From Candidatus Saccharimonadota bacterium (GTDB lineage Bacteria; Patescibacteriota; Saccharimonadia; Saccharimonadales; UBA4665): 32,000 nt of DNA. The notes beneath the pieces were generated by a model that saw nothing but the letters and a program-made list of their open reading frames with translations, was not told the origin of the DNA and searched no databases. A program made the position numbers and the translations under genes. Below, one piece after another: positions 16,396-24,001 of the stretch. The stretch covers positions 450,001 to 482,000 of the forward strand of contig CP065016.1 of the NCBI GenBank assembly GCA_016700375.1. Direction: 5' to 3'. Each line of letters begins with the position of its first letter. Position 1 is the first letter of the stretch.

Positions 16396-17037
16396 TTAAG
16401 TTCCAGCTATTTCAACACCCAACCGAAAGGGGTGACCATCCTTAGGAGGTTGCGAGGGGTCAACGAATACTCCTTCGTTCGAGACAACAGATGGAACACT
16501 CGCAGGATTATTATCATTGCCCAGCCATTCAGCATATGGTTTGCCATCCGGATCTGTTTGACCTATGACGCCCATCTTAATCCAAGCCTTCTCTCCATTA
16601 CTACCTGTAAACCCTAGCCACTGCGTTCCGTCGGGATCGTTATATTCAACCGGGTTTGCTATTGCTCTATTGACCCCAACAGCATCGCTAGGAACTTCAT
16701 TTCCATCTACATACTCCCCGGCGCCGACATCGTGCCTACCCTTTGTATCAGGGGCAGCATATGTCTTTACGCCAGGATGAAGTTGCAACGTACCGGACTT
16801 GTAAGAGTGCACCCGAGCCCCTGCAATCGCATTTTGTTCAGCAACACCCTGCCCAAGGCTAGTTTGGACATACTCAACAAACTTGGCAACAATCGGTGTC
16901 CCAATAATAGCTGTAGCAGCCAAAAAAGGGATACCTCTTCGAACAATCTTCTGACCACGCGTCAATTCTTTTGGATCTGCAGAGGCTGTTGGTCTTTTCA
17001 TGTGTCTTATTATATTCCCTTTATGCTTATTTGTCAA
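16396..17037 (-). CDS. Hypothetical membrane-anchored/secreted protein
   Basis: 213 aa with an N-terminal hydrophobic anchor (IPFLAATAIIGTPIV) and a Gly/Asp/Pro-rich remainder. No motif recognised. Confidence 0.5.
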   Translation of the reverse strand: MTNKHKGNIIRHMKRPTASADPKELTRGQKIVRRGIPFLAATAIIGTPIVAKFVEYVQTSLGQGVAEQNAIAGARVHSYKSGTLQLHPGVKTYAAPDTKGRHDVGAGEYVDGNEVPSDAVGVNRAIANPVEYNDPDGTQWLGFTGSNGEKAWIKMGVIGQTDPDGKPYAEWLGNDNNPASVPSVVSNEGVFVDPSQPPKDGHPFRLGVEIAGT

Positions 17038-17047
17038 TAGTGCAATA

Positions 17048-17302
17048 TTATGTTCCGCTTACGCGGGCGGGGCGAGCAAAGCTGAGTTGAGCGTGGCCTA
17101 TGTGGGTTTCTGCTTCACGCATATGGGTGTTGTGTAGCATTTCACCGCTGCCATGGGTATTTTGGCTATACACCACCGCTATCATGCCCTGACTCGTTTT
17201 CATTGCAGTTATTAGCAACGCGGCGATTGCAACATACAGCCCCACTTGAAAATGCAGCGAGTGCAAACGGTTCTTTAACTTTTTTTTAGTATTTTTTGAC
17301 AT
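17048..17302 (-). CDS. Small hypothetical membrane protein
   Basis: 84 aa: Lys-rich N-terminus, one TM segment (VGLYVAIAALLITAM), His-rich tail. Confidence 0.35.
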   Translation of the reverse strand: MSKNTKKKLKNRLHSLHFQVGLYVAIAALLITAMKTSQGMIAVVYSQNTHGSGEMLHNTHMREAETHIGHAQLSFARPARVSGT

Positions 17303-17375
17303 GATGTGTTTGTTATTACTGAACTAACCTATCATATCAAAACATAACCATTTTGTCAACATTATGTGACCCGAA

Positions 17376-18158
17376 TCACGAAACTACCCTCATCTGGTAG
17401 CCGAGTAGTACGCGCACGTAGTGCGTGAAGTAACCCTTAACACTTCTTGGGAACGAAGTGACCAAGAAGTGGTGTTCCTTGAGTTTGCCGAAGGTAGCTT
17501 CTATCTTTGGTCTCATGTGGAGCAAAAGCATTTGCCAGTCTGCGGCTAATTTCTTTCTTTGAGTATGATGCGGTGGTGCGATCACTATAGTTTTATGTTT
17601 CTTCCAGAGTCGCTTGCGCATGACGCTGCCACCGTAGTGACTATCGCCGACAAGTATCTTCGTGTGGTCATTCACGAGTTGTTCGATGTGCTGATTGTCG
17701 TGTTCATTAGCAGGAGTAAATACAACAGCTGCTAACCTGTTGTTGTAATCTATGGCCGCATGGAGCTTGAACCCGTAGTGCCACCCTTGCCAGTTCTTGC
17801 CAAAGTCGGCTACACCCTTGGCTACTTTGTGTCTGTTAGCACGTATGGGCTTACAGACGGGGAGCATTGTGCTGTCGACAAAGCGGAGCGGTGCTCCGCT
17901 TGCTAGAAGCGTCTGTAGCAACCAAACCATCTGTGGCAGTAATCGATGCACGTGAGCCACAAAGTTTTGGTACTTGGGCATATGAGGAAAACAATCCGAG
18001 TACTCTCTGCAAGCCCAGCCGTACAAACTCGAAAGGTTTTTGTGGGGTTCGGTGAGGCCATCCCATATGAGGATAGTGAGGAGTTCACTGTCTTTAAGGG
18101 CCGGATGCTGACCTCGTTTGTTTGGTTGGACGACTATGTCGTCTACCCAAACAAACAC
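17376..18158 (-). CDS. IS982-family-like DDE transposase (canonical ATG replaced by TAG; GTG start)
   Basis: 260 aa. Motifs DSTMLPVC, FGKNWQGWHYGFKLHAA, TPANEHD, GDSHYGG and IEATFGKLKE. Roughly 60 percent identical by eye to the 18234-19037 ORF. The codon aligned to the partner's ATG is TAG. Confidence 0.65.
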   Translation of the reverse strand: MFVWVDDIVVQPNKRGQHPALKDSELLTILIWDGLTEPHKNLSSLYGWACREYSDCFPHMPKYQNFVAHVHRLLPQMVWLLQTLLASGAPLRFVDSTMLPVCKPIRANRHKVAKGVADFGKNWQGWHYGFKLHAAIDYNNRLAAVVFTPANEHDNQHIEQLVNDHTKILVGDSHYGGSVMRKRLWKKHKTIVIAPPHHTQRKKLAADWQMLLLHMRPKIEATFGKLKEHHFLVTSFPRSVKGYFTHYVRVLLGYQMRVVS

Positions 18159-18233
18159 ATCTACGATATTATTCCTCTGTAAAGCACGCTATACTTTTCA
18201 CTGTTAATCGCTTAAACAAACAGGAGAAAAGAA

Positions 18234-19037
18234 ATGCGTGCTTTACAGAAACAATATATCGTAGATGTCTTCGTTTGGGTAGATGACCTGGTGACTCAGC
18301 CAGTCCGTCCCGGCCAGAAACCAATCCTGAAAGATAGTGAGCTACTCACCATTCTCATCTGGGATGGATTAACCGAGCCGCATAAAACCCTCAAAAGCCT
18401 GTACCGCTGGATTGAACGTGATTATGCTGACTGTTTCCCAAAACTCCCCAAGTACCAGAAGTTTGTTCGTCATTGCCATCGTTTGCTTCCAACACTGGTT
18501 TGGTTCTTGCAGTTAACCCTAGCGAATGATGCACCGCTCAGGTTCTGTGACAGCACGATGCTACCCGTATGTAAAACGGTGCGGGCTGACCGGCATAAGG
18601 TAGCCAAAGGTGTAGCTCAGTTTGGTAAGAACCACCAGGGTTGGTGGTATGGCTTTAAGCTGCACGCGGCCGTCAATCTCAAAGGGCAATTGGCAGCTCT
18701 TTGCTTTACGCCAGCCAATGAGTACGATGCCCAACATCTTGAGAAGCTCGTCAACCACGCGACAAAGGTCGTCGTCGGCGATAGCCACTACGCCGCCAGT
18801 CCGATGCGTAAGCGTCTCTGGAAGAAGTATGGCATCGTCGTCGTGGCAAACAACAGAAAACGAGCACTGATGACAGATTGGCAATACTTCCTGCAAACCT
18901 TGAGACAGAAGGTAGAGGCCAGCTTCGGCAAGCTCAAGGAGAACCACTGCTTAGTAAGCTCATTTCCAAGAAGCGTACAGGGCTACTTCGTTCACTACAT
19001 CCGAACACTCATTGGGTACCAGTTGGCTAATGGGTGA
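18234..19037 (+). CDS. IS982-family-like DDE transposase
   Basis: 267 aa. Motifs DSTMLPVC, FGKNHQGWWYGFKLHAA, TPANEYD, GDSHYAAS and VEASFGKLKE. Confidence 0.7.
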   Translation: MRALQKQYIVDVFVWVDDLVTQPVRPGQKPILKDSELLTILIWDGLTEPHKTLKSLYRWIERDYADCFPKLPKYQKFVRHCHRLLPTLVWFLQLTLANDAPLRFCDSTMLPVCKTVRADRHKVAKGVAQFGKNHQGWWYGFKLHAAVNLKGQLAALCFTPANEYDAQHLEKLVNHATKVVVGDSHYAASPMRKRLWKKYGIVVVANNRKRALMTDWQYFLQTLRQKVEASFGKLKENHCLVSSFPRSVQGYFVHYIRTLIGYQLANG

Positions 19038-19096
19038 TTGGGGTTATGTAAATACTACACTACCCCTCCCCGCGACTACCGGCCACTAAATATATC

Positions 19097-19311
19097 ATCG
19101 CGTCAGCGATACAGCTAGAAATGGCACTACGGAAGCTTCCCGGCATGACTGTTGTGACGCGCTACAACACATGCGAAATTGCGACGTGGCAGTGATTTCG
19201 CGTTGTAGTCTGTCACAACAGTCACCGAGAAGTTGGAGATGTGCCTGGTTTCTTTGCTTACTTTCTGTGGCAGCACAGAAAGTAAGTCGCCCTACCGGGC
19301 GAGACCGGCAT
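19097..19311 (+). ncRNA. Structured element X (paralogue of 21136-21396), family unrecognised
   Basis: Colinear with Y, with compensatory stem changes (see findings). Hairpins at 19097-19110, 19147-19223 (nested), 19257-19286 and 19295-19308. Strand was assigned from the GNRA-type loop GCAA in copy Y and one T-G pair, so it is tentative. Confidence 0.45.
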
Positions 19312-19496
19312 ATAGTTTGGTAGCAAAAGATCCTGGTCGGCTGGCAATCCGAGAGGTGCCGGTGCCTGAGTGAGAGTTTAGCGAGACTGCGAGGTAAGGT
19401 GCACGCACGAACGTCCGAGGAGCGCATGGATTCCCGCCGGAGTTTACCCTCAACTTGGGTTGTGGGGCGGGAATGACAGAGATAGTTGTAGAGTGA

Positions 19497-20147
19497 CTAC
19501 CGGATATCAAGCTCTATTGCCACGCCCTGCTGTAGCTTCAGCAGCGTGATTCCTTGCGCGGCTAGCACCTGGGCCATCCCCTCATACGTCCACTCCCGTG
19601 CCGTATCACTCAAAAACCAGTCATGGACCGGCAAAACGTACTTTGGCTTTAGTTCTAGGGCAAGTTCTACTGCGCGGCGAGTAGAGCCCCACGGCGCCAC
19701 CACTGGTAGCGCCAGCACCGGCATGGCTGCGGCAAAACTATGGCTGTCACCAGGGTGCGTGTACACACCCAGGAAATGTATGCCAATTTCTTCCGGCACT
19801 ACTGCGCCGAATGGACGTACTTCTTCGTGGGGAGATGCAAATGCGGCCGCCCCCGTAGGAACAATATCTGCTGCCTGGTGAATCCCTTGCTCGCGCAGCA
19901 GTTTGACTACATCAGTTGGTGCAGTAATACGCACATCTGGGAACTTTGCCGCTATTTGCTGCAGCTTGCTCGGGTCACAGTGGTCACCGTGTATATGAGA
20001 AACAAACACGTCATCAATCCACCCAATTGTGTCCAAATCTAGCTCGCTCCAGCCACCGGGGTCAAACAACGCCACCCTCGGCTTGCCCCGCTCCTCGGCT
20101 TCCACGAGCACACAACTATGCCCGTATTTCGTTATCTTCACTTGCAT
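19497..20147 (-). CDS. MBL-fold metallo-hydrolase
   Basis: 216 aa with the HxHxDH motif SHIHGDHCD and further His/Asp ligand positions. Confidence 0.75.
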   Translation of the reverse strand: MQVKITKYGHSCVLVEAEERGKPRVALFDPGGWSELDLDTIGWIDDVFVSHIHGDHCDPSKLQQIAAKFPDVRITAPTDVVKLLREQGIHQAADIVPTGAAAFASPHEEVRPFGAVVPEEIGIHFLGVYTHPGDSHSFAAAMPVLALPVVAPWGSTRRAVELALELKPKYVLPVHDWFLSDTAREWTYEGMAQVLAAQGITLLKLQQGVAIELDIR

Positions 20148-20153
20148 ACCCCC

Positions 20154-20181
20154 ATTTTACACCTCTTTCACCCCCTCTCAA
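20154..20181 (-). promoter_or_regulatory. Putative promoter giving a leaderless MBL mRNA
   Basis: On the minus strand: TTGAGA (20176-20181), 16-nt spacer, TAAAAT (20154-20159), then 6 nt to the ATG at 20147. Confidence 0.35.
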
Positions 20182-20274
20182 CTTACCGCCCCGTCCTGCC
20201 TTCCAGTTTTTCTTCACCATATCCCGAGCCTGCCGTCCACTTCACCGCCCACTACATTTACCCCTGATATTTTT

Positions 20275-20296
20275 AAACCGTACGGCCGTACGGTTT
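20275..20296. promoter_or_regulatory. 22-bp perfect palindrome AAACCGTACGGCCGTACGGTTT, copy 1
   Basis: Self-complementary over all 22 nt. Sits between the NYN stop and the MBL start. Followed on the + strand by ATTTT. Confidence 0.8.
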
Positions 20297-20365
20297 ATTT
20301 TGGCATGCGTGGATACCCAAATAGTGCGTCATTTAGCGTTTGGCGGTCATGGAGTTCGAGAAAGG

Positions 20366-21064
20366 CTATTTGTTTTTCGGTTTACGGTAGGTGCGGTAGG
20401 CAAGCTCGCCCCTGTGTTGGTCTAGACCTTCTATGTATTCGTCAAATTCTTGCAGCAAGGTAGAGAAACGGCGGTTGGGTGCCAGTACTTTTAGAAGTCT
20501 CTTTTGGTCGCGGAGATATTCTATAAGGCTAAAAAAGTCGCCGTCGCCGCTCACAATAACCGCTTTGTCGTAATGTGGCAACTCTTTCATGGCGTACAGC
20601 ACAAGGTCAGCATCTATGTTCCCTTTCACCTGGGGCTTCTCTGCTTCCTCTGTTTTGCCTAGGTCATTTTCACCCGGACGAGCATGTTTCGCTCTATCGT
20701 TGATGGCTGATGGTTGATTGTTTGCTGAACGTTGAACGTTGGTCGTTGGTCGTTGTTTTATGTCAACCGTGGGCTTTAGCACCACCAAAAACCCATGGGC
20801 ATACATCTGCTCGTACAGCGATTCGTTGTCGGGCAAATAGCCTATAAACATGTAGGCCTGTGTCACGTTGTATTCGCTGCGCAGCCACTCGCGAAACTTG
20901 TGCCAGTCCATCTTCCAACCAATCTTCTGCACCCCCAGGTTCAGGTTCTGGCTATCGATAAACGCGTAATTTCCCTTTGGCTTCGCTGGCGCAGACGGCT
21001 TTTTCTGTTGCCGCCCAATCCACCACGGTTTCCTCCCCTGCCCCTGTTTTTGATTTTCACTCAT
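20366..21064 (-). CDS. NYN/LabA-like domain protein (predicted RNase fold)
   Basis: NYAFIDSQNLNLG near the N-terminus and GNIDADLV...AVIVSGDGDFFSLIEYL near the C-terminus. A low-complexity insert lies between them. Start set at the ATG at 21064 (MSENQKQ); the ORF track extends to 21166. Confidence 0.7.
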   Translation of the reverse strand: MSENQKQGQGRKPWWIGRQQKKPSAPAKPKGNYAFIDSQNLNLGVQKIGWKMDWHKFREWLRSEYNVTQAYMFIGYLPDNESLYEQMYAHGFLVVLKPTVDIKQRPTTNVQRSANNQPSAINDRAKHARPGENDLGKTEEAEKPQVKGNIDADLVLYAMKELPHYDKAVIVSGDGDFFSLIEYLRDQKRLLKVLAPNRRFSTLLQEFDEYIEGLDQHRGELAYRTYRKPKNK

Positions 21065-21070
21065 GAGTTT

Positions 21071-21099
21071 ATTATACAGAGTTAAGAGATAAGAGTTAA
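21071..21099 (-). promoter_or_regulatory. Putative extended -10 promoter giving a leaderless NYN mRNA
   Basis: On the minus strand: TTAACT (21094-21099), 17-nt spacer ending in TG, TATAAT (21071-21076), then 6 nt to the ATG. It overlaps a 14-bp x2 direct repeat GAGTTAAGAGATAA (21079-21106). Confidence 0.4.
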
Positions 21100-21135
21100 G
21101 AGATAAGAACGCGGCCGTAGGCCGCTCAGAAAATA

Positions 21136-21396
21136 ATCGCGCAAGCGATACAGCCGAGACGGCCATGCGAAGGCTCTTGGCTCAGGTGTTGTCAGGCTCT
21201 ACAACTTCCGAAAGGCAAGGCGACTTGTTTGAAGAAGTAATCAATTGCCAGTGGCAATTGATTACTGACGAGTTGTCGCGTTGGCTGTAGAACTGACAAA
21301 GCCTGACCAAGATGCTGGAGTTCTGGCCTGGTTTCTTTTGCCTTCTTTCTTTGACAGCAAAGAAAGAAGGTCGCCTGCAGGCGCGAGAGCCTGCAT
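21136..21396 (+). ncRNA. Structured element Y (paralogue of 19097-19311), family unrecognised
   Basis: Hairpins at 21136-21149, 21182-21306 (nested, with an extra 13-bp hairpin around 21238-21266), 21341-21370 and 21376-21395. It abuts the helicase stop codon at 21397. Confidence 0.45.
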
Positions 21397-22908
21397 CTAA
21401 CTAGCTAGGATTTCCAGCAACTGAGCCCCATATTTTTCATGCTTCATCTTACCCATACCTTTTACTGCCAAGAGTGCCTGAGTGGTCTGTGGGCGGCGGG
21501 CGGCAAGCTCTTGGAGCGTGGTGTCGTGAAAAACCATGTAGGGCGGGATTTTTTCTTTGGCTGCCTGCCCCGTGCGCCATTTTTTGAGTGTGCTTAGTAG
21601 TGCTTCGTCGAGTGCCGATTCCACCTCATTTTTTTCGGCCTCTTCGGTAAAATCAGCTGTTTTTAACGCCATTTGTTCCGAAGCCTCCCGCAGCCACAGG
21701 TCAAACTCATGTACGACCGGGTGCATAGCAAGCGCCGTGTGGTTGATGCCCACCAGAAATATGCCGTCCATACTTCGCACGCGGCTCAGCGCCACGTAGC
21801 CCATACCGGGCGTAAAACTCCGGCTCAGGTCAATCTCGGCGGCATCCAGGCTCATGCCTTGGCTTTTATGGATGGTGATGGCCCACGCGAGCCGGAGCGG
21901 GAGCTGCGTCACCTCAGCTTTCACGCGGCCATCTTCCTCAAGCGACCAACTGTGCAGCTCTACTAGCACTTCGCGGCCGCCGGTCGTAACCACCAGAGGT
22001 GCGCCGTTCACAAAGTCTACCACCACGCCCCGGGTGCCATTTACAAATTTGCCTTTTTGGCTGTTGGCTACAAACATAACTTCGGCGCCTTTTTTTAGCT
22101 CCAACACCTCCGGTGCGAGCACACTTTTCATAAGCTGTTCGCGTTTGGCAGCCGCACCTTTTGCCTCCATAGTGTAACGGCGCGCGGGCTGCTGAATGGC
22201 CTGGAGGTGGCAATGATTTATGGTATCGACATCTACGTTGTGAGCATACAGTCGAGTCACCGCCTGAGCGTCTTGTATGGACCGATTCATACGTTCTCGA
22301 AGTGCTAGCTCGTGAAACTCATTTACGTCGCCGCGGCGCATGGCACCCAGCAAGTCCAAAAGCGTATCTCCGGCAGCTTGCCGGTGCTGTTCGTTCAGAT
22401 AGCATATAACGGGGTTGAGTTCTTGCCAGGTTACACTTTGGTGGGCAAAATCTGCTGTGTCGCTCCCCCGTGTTACCGGTGGTAGCTGAAACAAATCACC
22501 CACCAACACCACCTGCAGGCCGCCAAACGGGGCGTCACTGCGCCGAATCTTTTTTGCAACCGCGTTCACCATATCGAGCCGCCGACCGTGCAGCATTGAC
22601 ACTTCGTCTATAACGAGTATATCGGTGCTATTGTAGCGCTTCACCAAGTTCGATTTGGCGCTCAGGCGAGCGAGGTCGTGCTGGCTCAAGCTATCAAGTA
22701 TTCCTAGCCCAGACCAGCTGTGTATAGTGCTACCTCCTATGTGCGTCGCGGCAATCCCCGTACTGGCCGTAACGGCTACATTCTTGCCCCGCTGCTTGGC
22801 AAGACGCACAAACTGGTTCAAAACGTATGTCTTCCCCGCCCCAGGCGCACCCGTCAAAAAAACCGACTGGCCCTGCATCATTAGATTGAGTGCTTGTGAC
22901 TGTCTCAT
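21397..22908 (-). CDS. PIF1/RecD-type SF1 helicase with C-terminal HRDC-like domain
   Basis: 503 aa. Walker A GAPGAGKT, Walker B LVIDEVSM, LVGDLFQLPPV, and TIHKSQG...ALSR. The C-terminus KKWRTGQAAKEKIPPYMVFHDTTLQELAARRP is HRDC-like. AAGGAG SD lies 9 nt upstream. Confidence 0.8.
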   Translation of the reverse strand: MRQSQALNLMMQGQSVFLTGAPGAGKTYVLNQFVRLAKQRGKNVAVTASTGIAATHIGGSTIHSWSGLGILDSLSQHDLARLSAKSNLVKRYNSTDILVIDEVSMLHGRRLDMVNAVAKKIRRSDAPFGGLQVVLVGDLFQLPPVTRGSDTADFAHQSVTWQELNPVICYLNEQHRQAAGDTLLDLLGAMRRGDVNEFHELALRERMNRSIQDAQAVTRLYAHNVDVDTINHCHLQAIQQPARRYTMEAKGAAAKREQLMKSVLAPEVLELKKGAEVMFVANSQKGKFVNGTRGVVVDFVNGAPLVVTTGGREVLVELHSWSLEEDGRVKAEVTQLPLRLAWAITIHKSQGMSLDAAEIDLSRSFTPGMGYVALSRVRSMDGIFLVGINHTALAMHPVVHEFDLWLREASEQMALKTADFTEEAEKNEVESALDEALLSTLKKWRTGQAAKEKIPPYMVFHDTTLQELAARRPQTTQALLAVKGMGKMKHEKYGAQLLEILAS

Positions 22909-22978
22909 CGTACCTATCTCCTTACGCTATGCGTTTACATCGTGCTTCGTCGGCGTCACTGCCCCCGAAAGTACTTCT

Positions 22979-23006
22979 AGTATACCCTCCTGCCCCAGCC
23001 TTGCAA
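22979..23006 (-). promoter_or_regulatory. Putative helicase promoter
   Basis: On the minus strand: TTGCAA (23001-23006), 16-nt spacer, TATACT (22979-22984). Confidence 0.4.
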
Positions 23007-23086
23007 CTACAACAGAACTAATTTTCAACAAACCCACCCCCCTGATTTCCTTTCATACCTTAAACGAAGTATCAAACCGTCATTTT

Positions 23087-23108
23087 AAACCGTATGGCCG
23101 TACGGTTT
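23087..23108. promoter_or_regulatory. 22-bp palindrome, copy 2 (one mismatch)
   Basis: AAACCGTATGGCCGTACGGTTT. It overlaps the stop codon of the PaaX-like gene and lies upstream of the helicase promoter. Confidence 0.75.
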
Positions 23109-23688
23109 ATTTTCCCTCAGGGGCAAACACGGTTTTGAAACGGTCTATGAGTACGGCTTCGTGGTCTATATGGGCGGTGATTATGTATGTGACGAATCGG
23201 CTGATATCTAGCTTTTCGGCCACGAGCGTAATTTCACGGCGTGATTCAAACGGGTGCACCCAAACGCTTTGCTGCAAGTATCGGTAGCCCATCTGCTTTA
23301 TCTTGTCGGTAAATAGCCGCCGCGCCCGCTTTTGCTCTTCTGGTATATCGAAGAGTACGAGTCGCCACTGTCCATCCCACACCTCTGGGACGGGTATAGC
23401 CAGATTATCGTACTCAAGCCGCTTGAGGCGGAGTCTGCCGAGAGTTGTGATTTCGAGCCCATTCTCATAGTTCTCTGCGAGCAGTTTTTTACTGCGCATA
23501 TAGGCGAGCACTCGTGTTATCTCCCGCTCTTGCGCGCGCCTGTCCAGCGCGTCGAATGCTCGCTTCATAGGTCCTTCCAGACCAATGAGCGCATTTGGCG
23601 CAAGTACAAGCGCCGTTAGTGCCGTCCCAAAGACGGCCGTTCTGAGTACTGCGTCTACCAGCGCGCTGGTTTGTGCATTTTTTGCCAT
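23107..23688 (-). CDS. PaaX-like regulator (wHTH plus Cas2-like ferredoxin-fold domain)
   Basis: 193 aa. WDGQWRLVLFDIPEEQKRARRLFTDKIKQMGYRYLQQSVWVHPF matches the PaaX-family middle-domain pattern. A wHTH-like segment (ITRVLAYMRSKKLL) precedes it. The N-terminus is hydrophobic. Confidence 0.55.
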   Translation of the reverse strand: MAKNAQTSALVDAVLRTAVFGTALTALVLAPNALIGLEGPMKRAFDALDRRAQEREITRVLAYMRSKKLLAENYENGLEITTLGRLRLKRLEYDNLAIPVPEVWDGQWRLVLFDIPEEQKRARRLFTDKIKQMGYRYLQQSVWVHPFESRREITLVAEKLDISRFVTYIITAHIDHEAVLIDRFKTVFAPEGK

Positions 23689-23692
23689 ATTT

Positions 23693-23723
23693 AAATTGTA
23701 CGGCCGTACGGTTTATTTAACAA
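23693..23723 (-). promoter_or_regulatory. 22-bp palindrome copy 3 embedded in a promoter for the PaaX-like gene
   Basis: Palindrome variant AAATTGTACGGCCGTACGGTTT (23693-23714). On the minus strand: TTGTTA (23718-23723), 17-nt spacer, TACAAT (23695-23700), then 6 nt to the ATG at 23688. This is a leaderless configuration. Confidence 0.5.
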
Positions 23724-23786
23724 GAAGCTACGAAAGCGTTCTCGTGCCGGTTATGGATGTTAGGACTGTGAACGGCAGGTGGAGCG

Positions 23787-23999
23787 TTACTTACGGCGAC
23801 GTTTTTGGGCATTTTGACGAACCACTTCTCCGCCCGCCGCCTGAGCGAGGTTAACGGCGCCCAGAACGTTCGCTGCTACCGCCACAGCAGGCGCAAACGC
23901 TCCAACGGCAAAACAGGCTGCTGCGCCCAGCGCATTGACGTTTCGGTACCACCGAGCGGCTTTTTCGGTTTTTCCTTCTCTGGGCTGTGTTTCTGACAA
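23787..23999 (-). CDS. Small Ala-rich hydrophobic protein (TTG start)
   Basis: 70 aa. It begins 2 nt after the stop of the upstream gene, has one or two hydrophobic segments, and ends KRRRK. Confidence 0.3.
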   Translation of the reverse strand: MSETQPREGKTEKAARWYRNVNALGAAACFAVGAFAPAVAVAANVLGAVNLAQAAGGEVVRQNAQKRRRK

Positions 24000-24001
24000 A
24001 A

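Larger units (their letters stand above)
17345..19062. mobile_element. Two diverged IS982-like insertion sequences abutting head-to-head
   Basis: Paralogous DDE transposase ORFs diverge from a 75-bp gap. Nucleotide similarity extends about 20 nt upstream of each start and about 20 nt past each stop (GTGATTCGGGTCACATAATG vs GTGATTGGGGTTATGTAAATA). Element ends are approximate. Confidence 0.6.
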
